A stretch of 64,000 bases of DNA from Nemertoderma westbladi (taxonomy: Eukaryota; Animalia; Xenacoelomorpha), in NCBI GenBank assembly GCA_032718475.1, contig JAUCBJ010008395.1:15282-79281 (forward strand), in the 5' to 3' direction. Both the position numbers and the translations under genes were made by a program. The notes under the pieces were generated by a model that had not been told where the DNA came from, made no database searches, and worked only from the letters and a program-made list of their open reading frames with translations. The first letter of the stretch is position 1. Every line of letters starts with the position of its first letter. Positions 34,365 through 46,979 of the stretch are shown here, one piece after another.

Positions 34365-34850
34365 ATCCCTTGTTGAGTTTGTGCTGATCATTCTGATCAC
34401 TGATTTTGATGTGTCTCTGTCCCGGATTTAATGCCATTGACATTCCCTGTACCATATGTAGATATCCGAGTCTGATATTTTTCCTGGAGAGTTTTTATAG
34501 TTTTTGGATCGTCTCCAAGATCCAACTTATTGCCGACAAGTACGATCTGGACAATAATGCCCTGGATACCTCGGGGTACCACTTCGAAAGAAATTGTCCA
34601 AAATAATGACTTGGGTTGATGAAAGAAAAGAAAACGTCGGTGTTTGGGAATGAAAGATGCCGGCCATGACCCATAATCCCAAGTTGATTGGTCTACCCTC
34701 AACCATCCTGTTTGCCGTGTAGTTGTCAAAAAACTTTAGGAATATATTCCCCTGGAAAACAATTCGTTGAGTAACTAATTAGAAGGGAGGTTTTACCGAC
34801 ACCTCCGTCGCCAACTACAACACATTTAATATTTTAACTGTTTTTACCAT
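34365..34850 (-). pseudogene. Rac-family small GTPase pseudogene, intronless and probably processed
   Basis: Reads [34 protein letters not shown] / DNYTANRMVEGRPINLGLW...KWYPEV...IVLVGNKLDL, with frameshifts and loss of the DTAGQ motif. Confidence 0.88.
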
Positions 34851-35393
34851 TAGTGGCGACAATGATGAAGGCTTTAGACCAAATAATGATTTACGTACTT
34901 GAAACATATTTATATTTTATATAAATAGTAGAATACATGAAGGCTGTTTCTATTTGAGTTACAATAATATCTCATCACATATTATCAATTCATATCATCC
35001 CTTAATTGTCAATTATCTGCCAATGATTAATAGTCTCTCCCTTGATATGGTAACTTTGGGGGTGCATAATTTCGTTACATTTTTCATTAATTCAACAAAT
35101 TACCTTACGCGCAAACTAGAAACACTATTTAGTCGTTGTGTCAAAAACTGTTTAATTAAACATTGTGTTAAATATAATTACATGTTCGAGAATAATTAAT
35201 TATTTTCCTGGAGACCTTTTATCTTTCACCTAGCCCCTTATTCCCCTTTATTCCTTTTAATCTGTTTCCAACAGTACCCTAACACAAATAGTAATAAGTT
35301 ATGAGAAAACTCTTTCACAATAAAAATATTTTTCACTGATTTCTCACAGAATGAATTGGGAATTGGCTTCCTTACCCTCACTGGCGGTCTTCA

Positions 35394-36582
35394 ACCCCCT
35401 GGTCGGAACCACCGATGGGGGTCTGGTGCAAGGAGGCCGATATTCAGACCCCCTAGTCGGAACCATCGATGGGGATCTGGTGCAAGGAGGCCGATATTCA
35501 GACCCCCTAGTCGGAACCACCGATGGGGGTCTGGTGCAAGGAGGCCGATATTCAGACCCCCTAGTCGGAACCACCGATGGGGATCTGGTGCAAGGAGGCC
35601 GATATTCAGACCCCCTAGTCGGAACCACCGATGGGGGTCTGGTGCAAGGAGGGCGATATTCAGACCCCCTCGTCGGAACCACCGATGGGGCTCTGGTGCA
35701 AGGAGGCCGATATTCAGACCCCCTAGTCGGAACCACCGATGGGGGTCTGGTGCAAGAAGGCCGATATTCAGACCCCCTAGTCGGAACCACCGATGGGGGT
35801 CTGGTGCAAGGAGGCCGATATTCAGACCCCCTAGTCGGAACCACCGATGGGGGTCTGGTGCAAGGAGGCCGATATTCAGACCCCCTAGTCGGAACCACCG
35901 ATGGGGGTCTGGTGCAAGGAGGCCGATATTCAGACCCCCTAGTCGGAACCACCGATGGGGGTCTGGTGCAAGGAGGCCGATATTCAGACCCCCTAGTCGG
36001 AACCACCGATGGGGGTCTGGTGCAAGGAGGCCGATATTCAGACCCCCTAGTCGGAACCACCGATGGGGGTCTGGTGCAAGGAGGCCGATATTCAGACCCC
36101 CTAGTCGGAACCACCGATGGGGGTCTGGTGCAAGGAGGCCGATATTCAGACCCCCTAGTCGGAACCACCGATGGGGGTCTGGTGCAAGGAGGCCGATATT
36201 CAGACCCCCTAGTCGGAACCACCGATGGGGGTCTGGTGCAAGGAGGCCGATATTCAGACCCCCTAGTCGGAACCACCGATGGGGGTCTGGTGCAAGGAGG
36301 CCGATATTCAGACCCCCTAGTCGGAACCACCGATGGGGGTCTGGTGCAAGGAGGCCGATATTCAGACCCCCTAGTCGGAACCACCGATGGGGGTCTGGTG
36401 CAAGGAGGCCGATATTCAGACCCCCTAGTCGGAACCACCGATGGGGGTCTGGTGCAAGGAGGCCGATATTCAGACCCCCTAGTCGGAACCACCGATGGGG
36501 GTCTGGTGCAAGGAGGCCGATATTCAGACCCCCTAGTCGGAACCACCGATGGGGGTCTGGTGCAAGGAGGCCGATATTCAGA
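35394..36582. repeat. 54-bp GC-rich minisatellite, ~22 copies
   Basis: Unit ACCCCCTAGTCGGAACCACCGATGGGGGTCTGGTGCAAGGAGGCCGATATTCAG. Confidence 0.97.
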
Positions 36583-37212
36583 TCCGCAAACTCGCAGGTC
36601 TGCGGGTTTCGACCTCGCCGACTGGTGGATGGGATAAAATGTTGCAATATTGAAAGTTGTAATATAATACTATATTATAATAAACTGGCAATTACCATTG
36701 AGATGAAAACACGATTAGAAAAAAATTTAACATTTTTTTCAAAATAGATAAAAATCATTTTTTTTCAAAAAAAAAAAATTAATACACAATCCACTAAAAC
36801 TTCGAACCCAACCACACACTGAGTTTCGTAGCTACAGTGGCTGTATCTTTATCGTCAGACTTATATTAGGGTGGACTAACTAATTTGCTTCGACTTCGGT
36901 TTTGGTGTCACAAGTCCAGTTAGGGGACTGAATTATTGAACATGTTTAAAAATTTGTGTCCAAAACTCATATAAAGAACTTATAACTCGTTATTAAAACT
37001 CAGGATAGCCAGCTTACTGGACAAAAGCTTGGGAAGTACAAAACCTTAGATATTATTTAATCCAATCCCATGGAAATAAAATATGGGGTTATGTATAACA
37101 TATTCTAATAGCCATGAAGATGATGGGTCATTGTACAAAATAATATGAATGTCCTTGAAGTTGTTGAGATCAGTAATTTATTGAAGATAGGATTACGGTA
37201 GTACGAAGTACG

Positions 37213-40200
37213 TTATTGTAGTTTAAAGTTGGAATGTATAAGAATAGAGATAAGGAGCTGTCTCAATGTCTCCGGCTGGGCGTGTTCGTCTAGCCACCGC
37301 AGTTCCGTGGCGAACATTTCCTTGAGACTCGCCACGGACACTGATCTATTGAACGATGTAAACAATCGGTCCATTATCTTAGAAAACACCTGTAAAGCAA
37401 ATACATTAAGATCATTAATTATTGAAGACTTTATTTCAACATGATAATAAAATGTAACGATTATTAAAAATTATTTCATTGAAAAATAGTTAGCCAAACT
37501 TTTATAACAACAGTTTAGTAGTTAATACATTGACACCATTAATTAAAACGATTGCTAGACATTGACCTTGGTAATGCAGGTACAGTAGTTACAGAACTGA
37601 AAACTATGCGACATATTTTTATAAACTAACCTGAAATTTAATTAACGGAGACAAACAAACAAACGGCTTTAGTTCGGAGGATGTATCCTTGTTAGGGAGT
37701 TCAGACTGCTGATTGGTTATTTTTGCTAACTCGTTAGCCATTATTCGCAGCGCGGTGGTTTGTTTGGTGAGTGAATCCAATGTATTCGCGTCCTCGGCTT
37801 GTTTGCGTTCTAAGTACGTCATGTATTCGATGGTTCGGAAGACCACAGATGAGTTGCTAATCTATAGTGAACGATTACATAAAAATACAACATCTATAAC
37901 ACTTTACAGTAAGCTAATCTTAGTGCTGATCTTAGCGCTAATCTTAGCGCTAATCTTAGCGCTAATCTTAGTGCTGATCTTAGTGCTGATCTTAGCGCTG
38001 ATCTTAGCGCTGATCTTAGTGCTGATCTTAGCGCCAATCTTAGCGCTAATCTTAGTGCTGATCTTAGCGCTAATCTTAGCGCTAATCTTAGCGCTAATCT
38101 TAGTGCTGATCTTAGTGCTGATCTTAGCGCTAATCTTAGCGCTAATCTTAGTGCTAATCTTAGTGCTGATCTTAGTGCTGATCTTAGCGCTAATCTTAGC
38201 GCTAATCTTAGTGCTGATCTTAGCGCTAATCTTAGTGCTGATCTTAGTGCTGATCTTAGCGCCAATCTTAGCGCTGATCTTAGCGCTGATCTTAGCGCTG
38301 ATCTTAGCGCTAATCTTAGTGCTGATCTTAGCGCTAATCTTAGTGCTGATCTTAGCGCTAATCTTAGTGCTGATCTTAGTGCTGATCTTAGTGCTGATCT
38401 TAGCGCTGATCTTAGCGCTGATCTTAGCGCTAATCTTAGTGCTGATCTTAGTGCTGATCTTAGTGCTGATCTTAGCGCTGATCTTAGCGCTGATCTTAGC
38501 GCTGATCTTAGAGCTAATCTTAGTGCTGATCTTAGTGCTGATCTTAGCGCTGATCTTAGCGCTGATCTTAGTGCTGATCTTAGCGCCAATCTTAGCGCTG
38601 ATCTTAGTGCTGATCTTAGCGCTAATCTTAGCGCTAATCTTAGTGCTGATCTTAGCGCTAATCTTAGTGCTGATCTTAGTGCTGATCTTAGTGCTGATCT
38701 TAGCGCCAATCTTAGCGCTGATCTTAGTGCTGATCTTAGCGCTGATCTTAGCGCTGATCTTAGTGCTGATCTTTGTGCTGATCTTAGTGCTGATCTTAGT
38801 GCTGATCTTAGTGCTGATCTTAGCGCTATTCGTAGTGCTAATCTTAGTGCTGATCTTAGTGCTGATCTTAGCGCTAATCTTAGTGCTGATCTTAGCGCTA
38901 ATCTTAGTGTTGATCTTGGTGCTGATCTTAGTGCTGATCTTAGTGCTGATCTTAGTGCTGATCTTAGCGCTATTCGTAGTGCTGATCTTAGTGCTGATCT
39001 TAGCGCTAATCTTAGTGCTGATCTTAGCGCTAATCTAAGTGCTGATCTTAGTGCTGATCTTCGCGCTAATCTTAGTGCTGATCTTAGCGCTAATCTTAGT
39101 GCTGATCTTAGTGCTGATTTTAGTGCTGATCTTAGTGCTGATCTTAGCGCTAATCTTAGTGCTGATCTTAGCGCTAATCTAAGTGCTGATCTTAGTGCTG
39201 ATCTTAGCGCCGTACCTTACATGACGACTACGATCGGGTGCGATTCTCTAACTTATTCTTTAAGTGATCCTTTATTTTTAAAATGAAAAGCTACTCCTAG
39301 TCAATCATTTTATTCAGTAATTGTTAGTTTTATTTGAGACTAAACAATAAAACAATATCACTAATGAGCCGATATGATATATTCTAGTTTTACAGAATCT
39401 AATTGGTCTGTTTTTTTTTAATCTTAAGGAAATCCTTAATGCGAACCAAACCTTCCTGGTAGAATATCCGGGTTGGCAGTTGGGTAACAGTCCTGCGAGT
39501 TCCTCGTAACCCCGTCGGATGGCGTTACGACGTCTCTGCTCGGCCTCTATGTGACGAGTTTTCCTGAGCAACTCGCGGGAGCTGCTCTCTGATTGGCTGG
39601 GCACTTCTTCGTCGCTTAGCGACATTAGACCTTCCCAATAGGTCGTCGCGGTAGAAGAGCTGGCAGTGGAAGCCGAACTATTACTACGACTCCTAATAAG
39701 TTAATTAAATGATGTCAATTAGACAAGTCTTAGACTTAGACAAGTCTTACACTTAGGCAAGTCTTAGACTTAGACAAGTCTTAGACATAGACAAGTATTA
39801 GACTTAAACAAGTCTTAGACTTAGACAAGGCTTCGACTTAGCTTAGACAAGACTTAGACTAGACAAGTCCTACAATTAGACAAGTCTTAGACAAGTCATA
39901 GACTTAAACACGTCATAGATATAGACATGCCTTAGACTTAGACAAGTCTAACACTTAGACAAGTCTTAGACTTAAACAACTCTTACTTAGACTCAAACAA
40001 GTCTTTGACATAGACAAGTCTTAGACTTAAACAAGTCTTAGACATACACAAGTCTTAGACTTAGACAAGGCTTCGACTTAGCTTAGACAAGATATAGACA
40101 TAGATATAGACATAGATATAGACATAGACATGCCTTAGACTAAGACATGCCTTAGACTTAGACAAGTCTAACACTTAGACAAGTCTTAAACTTAGACAAG

Positions 40201-42704
40201 TCTTAGACTTAGACAAGTCATAGACTTAAACACGTCATAGACATAGACATGCCTTAGACTTAGACATGCCTTAGACTTAGACAAGTCTAACACTTAGACA
40301 AGTCTTAGACTTAAACAACTCTTACTTAGACTCAAACAAGTCTTAGACATAGACAAGACAAGTCTTAGACATACACAAGTCTTAGACTTAGACAAGATAT
40401 AGACATAGACATAGACATGCCTTAGACTAAGACATGCCTTAGACTTAGACAAGTCTAAACACTTAGACAAGTCTTAAACTTAGACAAGTCTTAGAATTAG
40501 ACAAGTCATAGACTTAAACACGTCATAGACATAGACATGCCTTAGACTTAGACATGCCTTAGACTTAGACAAGTCTAACACTTAGACAAGTCTTAGACTT
40601 AAACAACTCTTACTTAGACTCAAACAAGTCTTAGACATAGACAAGTCTTAGACTTAAACAAGTCTTAGACATACACAAGTCTTAGACTTATACAAGATAT
40701 AGACATAGATATAGACATAGACATGCCTTAGACTAAGACATGCCTTAGACTTAGACAAGTCTAGCACTTAGACAAGTCTTAAACTTAGACAAGTCTTAGA
40801 CTTAGACAAGTCATAGACTTAAACACGCCATAGACATAGACATGCCTTAGATTTAGACATGCCTTAGACTTAGACAAGTCTAACACTTAGACAAGTCTTC
40901 GACTTAAGCAAGTCCTAGACTTAAACAAGCCTTAGACATATACAAGTCTTAGACTAGACAAGTCTTAGACATAGACATGCCTTAGACTAAGACATGCCTT
41001 AGACATAGACATACCTTAGACTAAGGCATGCCGTTGACTTAGACAAGTCTAACACTTAGGCTTAAAAAAGTCTTAGACTTAGACAAGTCTTAGACATAGC
41101 TTAGACAGGTGTTAGACTAGACAAGTCTTAGACTTAGACAAACGTTTGACTTGACAAGTCTTAGCTTAGACTTAGATATGTCATAGATTTAGACGTAGCT
41201 TAGACACGTCATAGACTTCGACAAGTCTCAGAAATAACTTTTTTAACTTTAGTATTTTCTATTTAGTACCAGTTTCTATGCTAATTGTCATTTGTTAAGT
41301 ACAATTTTTCTTTGATAATGATTAGTTAATAACGTCAAAACGTTAGTAACATTCAAAAACTGGATTCAAAATATTATACTATTCACGATGGCCTCATAAG
41401 TTTCAGATAAGCGTAAAAAAAATTCAGACCTAATCATAGACCAATGCTTCTTTAGCAATTCGCAAAAATAACAATTACATATTTCAAAGTTAATTGCGTT
41501 TTAGAGCAGAATAATAGAGAATGGGTTAGTTCACACAGTTAGTAACAAGAATATAATCTACTAAATAATACCTATATTTACCTACCGAACTCGTACATCC
41601 ATAGAGAGTGAATCGGAAGTGGACCCCGAAGAGGCAGACGATCGTTGAACTGATGTTGCTGACGAGGGAAGAGTGAGTAAGGATTCGAGATTGGGTGTGG
41701 AAGAGGTAGAGTGTATAAGGAGAGACTGAACTAAAGGCACCGTGGATCTCCGTGAGTCTGAGTCCGTGGTAAAAGGGGAACGGGAAACCGAAGGAGTGGA
41801 AGTTGGTGAAGTATATGACTGTAATAATTAGAGAAAAACATATAAAGAACGTCTAGACAACGGGTTGCCGGATAGCTGGTAAGAGCTAAGAGGGAATCCT
41901 GACACCTGGGTTCCATATAAGTTATTATAATTGTTATATTATATGTTATATATTATTTTTATATTAGTTATTATATATATTAGTTCTTCCTAATGATATA
42001 CTCCATCGTTCATGGGAAATCATACGTTACCGGTAACAGGTATAAATGTCTGACGGTACAAAAGTATGCAAAACAATCAGAACACAAAATAATAATAACC
42101 TTTATTTTAAATAATAATATCAAATAATAATAACTAAACCAACCTCTCGCCCAACGTTTGGATAACACGATGCAGCGGACCCACCGGTACCGGTATAAAG
42201 TTTATGTTGACCGCTGGTTTGTTGAGACTCGGATATTATTGCACAATTTGTCGAATTTAATACTAATGGGGATGGCGATTCGTGTACGCCTGGTCCTCCT
42301 GAGTAAGTTGTTTCATGAAGGGGGGCTGGTTTCGGCATAAGAGGTGGTTGAGTCTGCCTAATTGGCCTACCGGTGGTACCGCGGTGGTTGATTGGAGTAA
42401 TTGTGTTGCTAATGTTAGACGGCGCGAAGGTAATTGATGGAGCTGGCGATGTCTGTTGGAATATATAAACAGGTTGTACAGAACCTGAGTTGGTTGAGTG
42501 GGGGATACGGGATATACCGACACTTGTTTGATGTGATGCGATACTCGGGTTTATCTGCCGTGTAGCGCTCGTACTGGCGTCGGTTTGAATCGCTTCCTTG
42601 TAATACGATGAAGTGGATGTAGGGTTATTCGTGGCTGACAAGGAGATGGGAAATAAGACAAGTGGTACCGTTACAGTAATTCGCTCCGACTCATGTCTTT
42701 CCAT
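37213..42704 (-). CDS. MLX: Mlx-like bHLH-ZIP transcription factor; exons 42704-42144, 41818-41586, 39692-39452, 37861-37631, 37389-37213 (480 aa; extra 5' exons possible)
   Basis: bHLH HIEAEQRRRNAIRRGYEELAGLLP...ISNSSVVFRTIEYMTYL, a zipper, and a C-terminal DCD-like segment KFQVFSKIMDRLFTSFNRSVSVAS...WLDEHAQPETLRQLL, as in human MLX. Intron phases 0, 2, 0, 0 are consistent. Confidence 0.85.
37912..39210. repeat. 12-bp tandem repeat, (GCTRATCTTAGY)n, in an Mlx intron
   Basis: Direct inspection; it explains the spurious poly-ILAL ORF. Confidence 0.97.
39718..41230. repeat. Degenerate ~17-bp tandem repeat, (ACTTAGACAAGTCTTAG)n, with higher-order blocks, in an Mlx intron
   Basis: Direct inspection. 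Confidence 0.93.
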
Positions 42705-42980
42705 AATTATCAGTACTGGTAATTAGTTTGTCGGAAAATTACTGCATTATAATTAAGACTGGAGTTATGAGTTATCAACCATGGAAAGCGTGCATGCATA
42801 GGCTACCAACGCCTAAATCATTGCATTGATCTGTAAAGACTGAAAGAGGCAGGACTGTAACAGGATAGTAACAGAATAGAGTAGATTAAGCGCCTGCTCA
42901 ACTAACTATTACAGTACTGCAGTACTGCAGTAATACACAGCAGTCTGGCAGAATTATTTCTGTAATTGCTGTATTGCTTA

Positions 42981-44429
42981 GGCCCTGGTCACACAGGAGC
43001 TTTCAACTTTCAACATTCAAATAGGGTACCCGGTAACTAAAAGTCCCGGTTCAGTTGGCAGTTATAAAAATCTGCATTCTGGTACCGGTACCAGTATTGT
43101 TTTATAGATTATAAAGTGTTTTTTTTAAATAAAAAAAACTACCGGTAAACACAATAAATAAAAAAAAATTAAAAAAATAACTAAATCAATGACGTAATAT
43201 TAGCATAATTATGAGTTACCATCATATGCCATAGTTACATAGGCGGCGAAATAAACGCCGATATTGGGTTCACCCGATCAATCAAAAAATGGTTCCGGTT
43301 GTCGTACGGCGTTATCGGAAAACTTTCTGACTTTATCAAGATTTGCGGGCAGATGTTAATTAATGGTTAAATAATGGAATTATTTTAATTATATATACGA
43401 TGTCAATTTCATCATTTTTGATGAATTACTCTCATCTATAGAACCGCATATATAGTGATAGAAAGTGGAGGAAGTCTATACCGGGCTATGCAAGAGCAAG
43501 ACTACATACAGTAGTAACATATTTTTTATGAATCGAACGTAACCTCAATTATGTTACATTGCAGCATTGGATCCTATAACTATGTTACATTCGATCTACA
43601 AATTACTAAGCTCGAATGTAACATACATTTATTTCAGTTGTGTTTTGATTTCAGGAGTTAACCAATGAAATGCCTCGTTTATTTACAGGAAGAAACAGTT
43701 TGGTGAGTACAAAAGAAAGACCCAAGACCCAATTAAGTAACCTGCATAATCTTGTAACATGTGTTTACCTTTCGTTTATTGTTTTGGTTCCCCCAACACG
43801 CCTCTGTACTGTAACCTGCTCCTATAAATGGCAATGTTACATTCGGGCTTAGTAATTTTTAGATCGAACGTAGGCCTAACATAGTTATAGGATCCAATTA
43901 AACATAATTGCGGTTACGTTCGATACGTCTAATAACTATGTTATATTCGATCCTGATTACGTTCGGTCATGTATCCCACATATGTTTGTATGTGTTGAAT
44001 GTTGAAATTAATCTGTAAACAATGTAATTGTTTATATATTGATGTTAATTATTATTGGGCAAAATATACTTATGAATGAATGAATTCTAACGTTAAAGGT
44101 AAAGTACCGGTGCCGGTATGTAGCATAAATGTACGTGAGTACACAAAGTTGCCTAAAGCAGTAGGTAGTCAGGTAGTAGTAGCATCTTCTTACATTTTAT
44201 ATCATTTTCGATTTTTTTTTCAATTTTTTTTCTTTTGATTTATCTTTTTTTTTTCGATTTTTGCCCTGATTTTTTACCCTGCTTTTTGAAACAGACCCGG
44301 ACCCGGAACCGGACCCGGCAAAATGTTCGACCCGGTCGTTTACTACCTACAATGTGTTTTTGTTCTATCTTTTTCTTTTAATTGAAAGTTTAATGTTGAA
44401 ATCTAATCAGCTAATGTGTGACCCGGGCC
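42981..44429. mobile_element. Possible PIF/Harbinger-like non-autonomous element
   Basis: Ends GGCCCTGGTCACACA...TGTGTGACCCGGGCC resemble those of the MITE at 58293; left flank TTA, right flank TTT. Confidence 0.45.
43531..43924. mobile_element. MITE-like element with ~90-bp imperfect inverted arms
   Basis: ATCGAACGTAACC...GGATCCTATAACTATGTTA...CGAATGTAACAT is mirrored at 43833-43924. Confidence 0.55.
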
Positions 44430-45324
44430 TTTCCTTTATAGACACACTATGCAAATATAAATTATAGTAATTATGCTCCTAAACTTAATTACTGAATAAA
44501 GTATGAAAAGCAAGCGGGAGTGAAAACTCTGTGAATATGGCTGTATGGCATACCTGCATACTGTACTGTAGGCCTAATTACCGGCAGACAGCTCCTGTAA
44601 TATCTGAATGTGGGTAGACTGGCCGTCAGGACGTGGGGAGAAGGAAAAATAATGTAGGCCTATTAAAATAATAATGTTGCCTGCCTTAAAATAGAATTCT
44701 CATACAAATGATGGATCGGACCTTAACTTTAGAGAAAGATGGTTAGTGTACAGTGTATGAGTGCAGGGCAGGCCTACATTTTGTACATAACTAACTACTG
44801 TATTATATGCTATACTAACAATAGATCACAGAACAGACACGCCCCCCAGCAATAAAGGCACGCCCATCTGCAGTCACCAGCTGTCCTTTGATGACGTAAT
44901 ACTTCTACTATGTCAATCACCTATGCAGGACTGCATTATTTAAAATTGGCAGTGATTTTTTATGTCCTTTTATTTGACATTTTTTGTCCTCCTTTTTTTA
45001 CGAATTGTGCATAATGACATTTGTTGTCCCTTTAATGACTTTTTATGTATGTATTTCTTCAAACTGTCAGACTGCTGATTTCTGGACTGTCAGACAGTTG
45101 ATTTCAACATGCCTATGCCAAAACATTCAAAATTGTTGATTTCTGGTCTGTCGGACAGTTGGTTTCACTATGCATGTGTCAAAACATTCCATGATTCCAT
45201 GATTTATAGACTATGAAATAGATTTCAATATGCGCCTGTGGTAAAAGACTCTAAATTTAATAGTTTGTGGTTGTTGTCGATAATCGATTACCACATGACG
45301 TAGCAAAACACTCATTTTATAGCC

Positions 45325-46000
45325 AAAAACAATTACCAATTGATGGAAAGGAGCAGGTTAAGGCCGGATTTTCTAACCAAAACAATAAACAGTCACTTTA
45401 CCAAATGAAGGAAAGGAGCAGGTTACAGAGGCGGGCCTTTCTAACCAAAACAATAAACGATCATTTAACTAATTGAGGGAGAGGAGCGGGTTACAGAGGC
45501 GGGATTTTCTAACCAAAATAATAAACAGTCACTTTACCAAATCAGGGAAAGGAGCAGGTTACAGAGACGGGATTTTCTAACCAAAACAATAAACGATAAC
45601 ATTACCAATTGAGAGAAAGGAGCAGGTTACAGAGGCGGGATTTTCTAACCAAAACAATAAACAGAGTCACTTTACCAAATCAGGGAAAGGAGCAGGTTAC
45701 AGAGACGGGATTTTCTAACCAAAACAATAAACGATAACATTACCAATTGAGAGAAAGGAGCAGGTTACAGAGGCGGGATTTCCTAACCAAAACAATAAAC
45801 GATCACTTAACTAATTGAGGCAAAGGGGCAGGTTACAGAGGCGGGATTTTCTAACCAAAACAATAAACAGTCACTTTACAAAATGAAAGAAAGGAGCAGG
45901 TTACAGAGGCGGGCCTTTCTAACCAAAACAATAAACGGTCACTTTACCAAATCAGGGAAAGGGGCAGGATACAGAGGCGGGATTTTCTAACCAAAACAAC
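45325..46000. repeat. ~64-bp minisatellite, ~10 copies
   Basis: Unit containing GGAGCAGGTTACAGAGGCGGGATTTTCTAACCAAAACAATAAAC. Confidence 0.9.
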
Positions 46001-46454
46001 CGGTCAGCCGGTAGGCCTACCAGTACCGTATTTAAATGGTAGGCTACACAGTAGGCCTACAGCAGTTCCAGTGCCGGTACCGGTACTAAAATACCTAAAA
46101 TACCTGCTTTATACCTACATCTGTACATGCAATACTGCAAAATAGTGCTCTATATACTAATACCGGTACTGATAGCCTGAGAGAACAGCAGTAGAGAAAC
46201 CGGTAGCATGGAATCTAACGGTAAATTTCTGGAGGACATAAAAAGTAAAAAAAAACTAATACCGGTAATGATAGCCTGAGAGAACAGCAGTAGAGAAACC
46301 GGTAGCATGGAACCTAACGGTGGATTTCTGGCGGACATAAAAAGTAAAAAAAAAAGGACAAAAAAGGGATTTAAACGGACAATAAAAATTATTGCGTTTA
46401 AAATTATGTTGTTATACTGTATTTCACTTTTATACATTGAAAGCGCGCTATTCT

Positions 46455-46660
46455 CAGTGGCACCTTGGATAAGTCCCAGCTTGGTGTGGCACGAATTGTA
46501 TAAAGGGACCAGCCAGGGCGCATCTCTGCCTTGCATCCTTATAAATTGTAGCTAAATGAGTAATAGAACTTCCTCTGAGGATTATAATTCTGGGGGGGGG
46601 GGGGGGGGGGGGGTGGGCACGGGAAATAAGTCGTCAGACTTTGTGCGTAATCCCTGACCT
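46455..46660 (+). mobile_element. Partial SINE family 2 copy interrupted by a poly-G tract
   Basis: Reverse complement of the copies at 48957 and 56953 (AAAGGGACCAGCCAGGGCGCATCTCTGCCTTGCATCC...AAATAAGTCGTCAGACTTTG). Confidence 0.7.
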
Positions 46661-46979
46661 AACAAAATAATTAGTGTCGAAACTATAACTGCCCTTGAGT
46701 GATGTGACTTCAATACAACCATTACACCATTGCCGGAGTAAATTATCAACCCAGGTAACCATCAACACATTGGGTGATTGATCTAAATGTATTTTTTGAG
46801 GCCCGTTTCCCCGAAAAGTGCAGCACTGCTAATCCGAACAATTGTGGTGTTATCAACTGATATAACGAATCATTTTATGGAAAGAAGGGTTTTGGAGGTC
46901 GACATATAGAATGAAATGTTACCAGTTGAATTATTTCCCATAATGGAGTAATATAATCATCCCATGGAGTCATATAATA

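Noticed and set aside
35394-36582. CRISPR array or hammerhead ribozyme array
   Set aside because: There are no variable spacers or cas genes, the context is eukaryotic, and I found no CUGANGA...GAAA core on either strand.
35344-36747. Four 400-460 aa repetitive ORFs
   Set aside because: They are by-products of a 54-bp (3n) tandem repeat that is open in several frames on both strands; there is no evidence of coding function.
37713-39038. 441-aa hydrophobic ORF and 271-aa ALRS ORF
   Set aside because: They are translations of a 12-bp intronic satellite.
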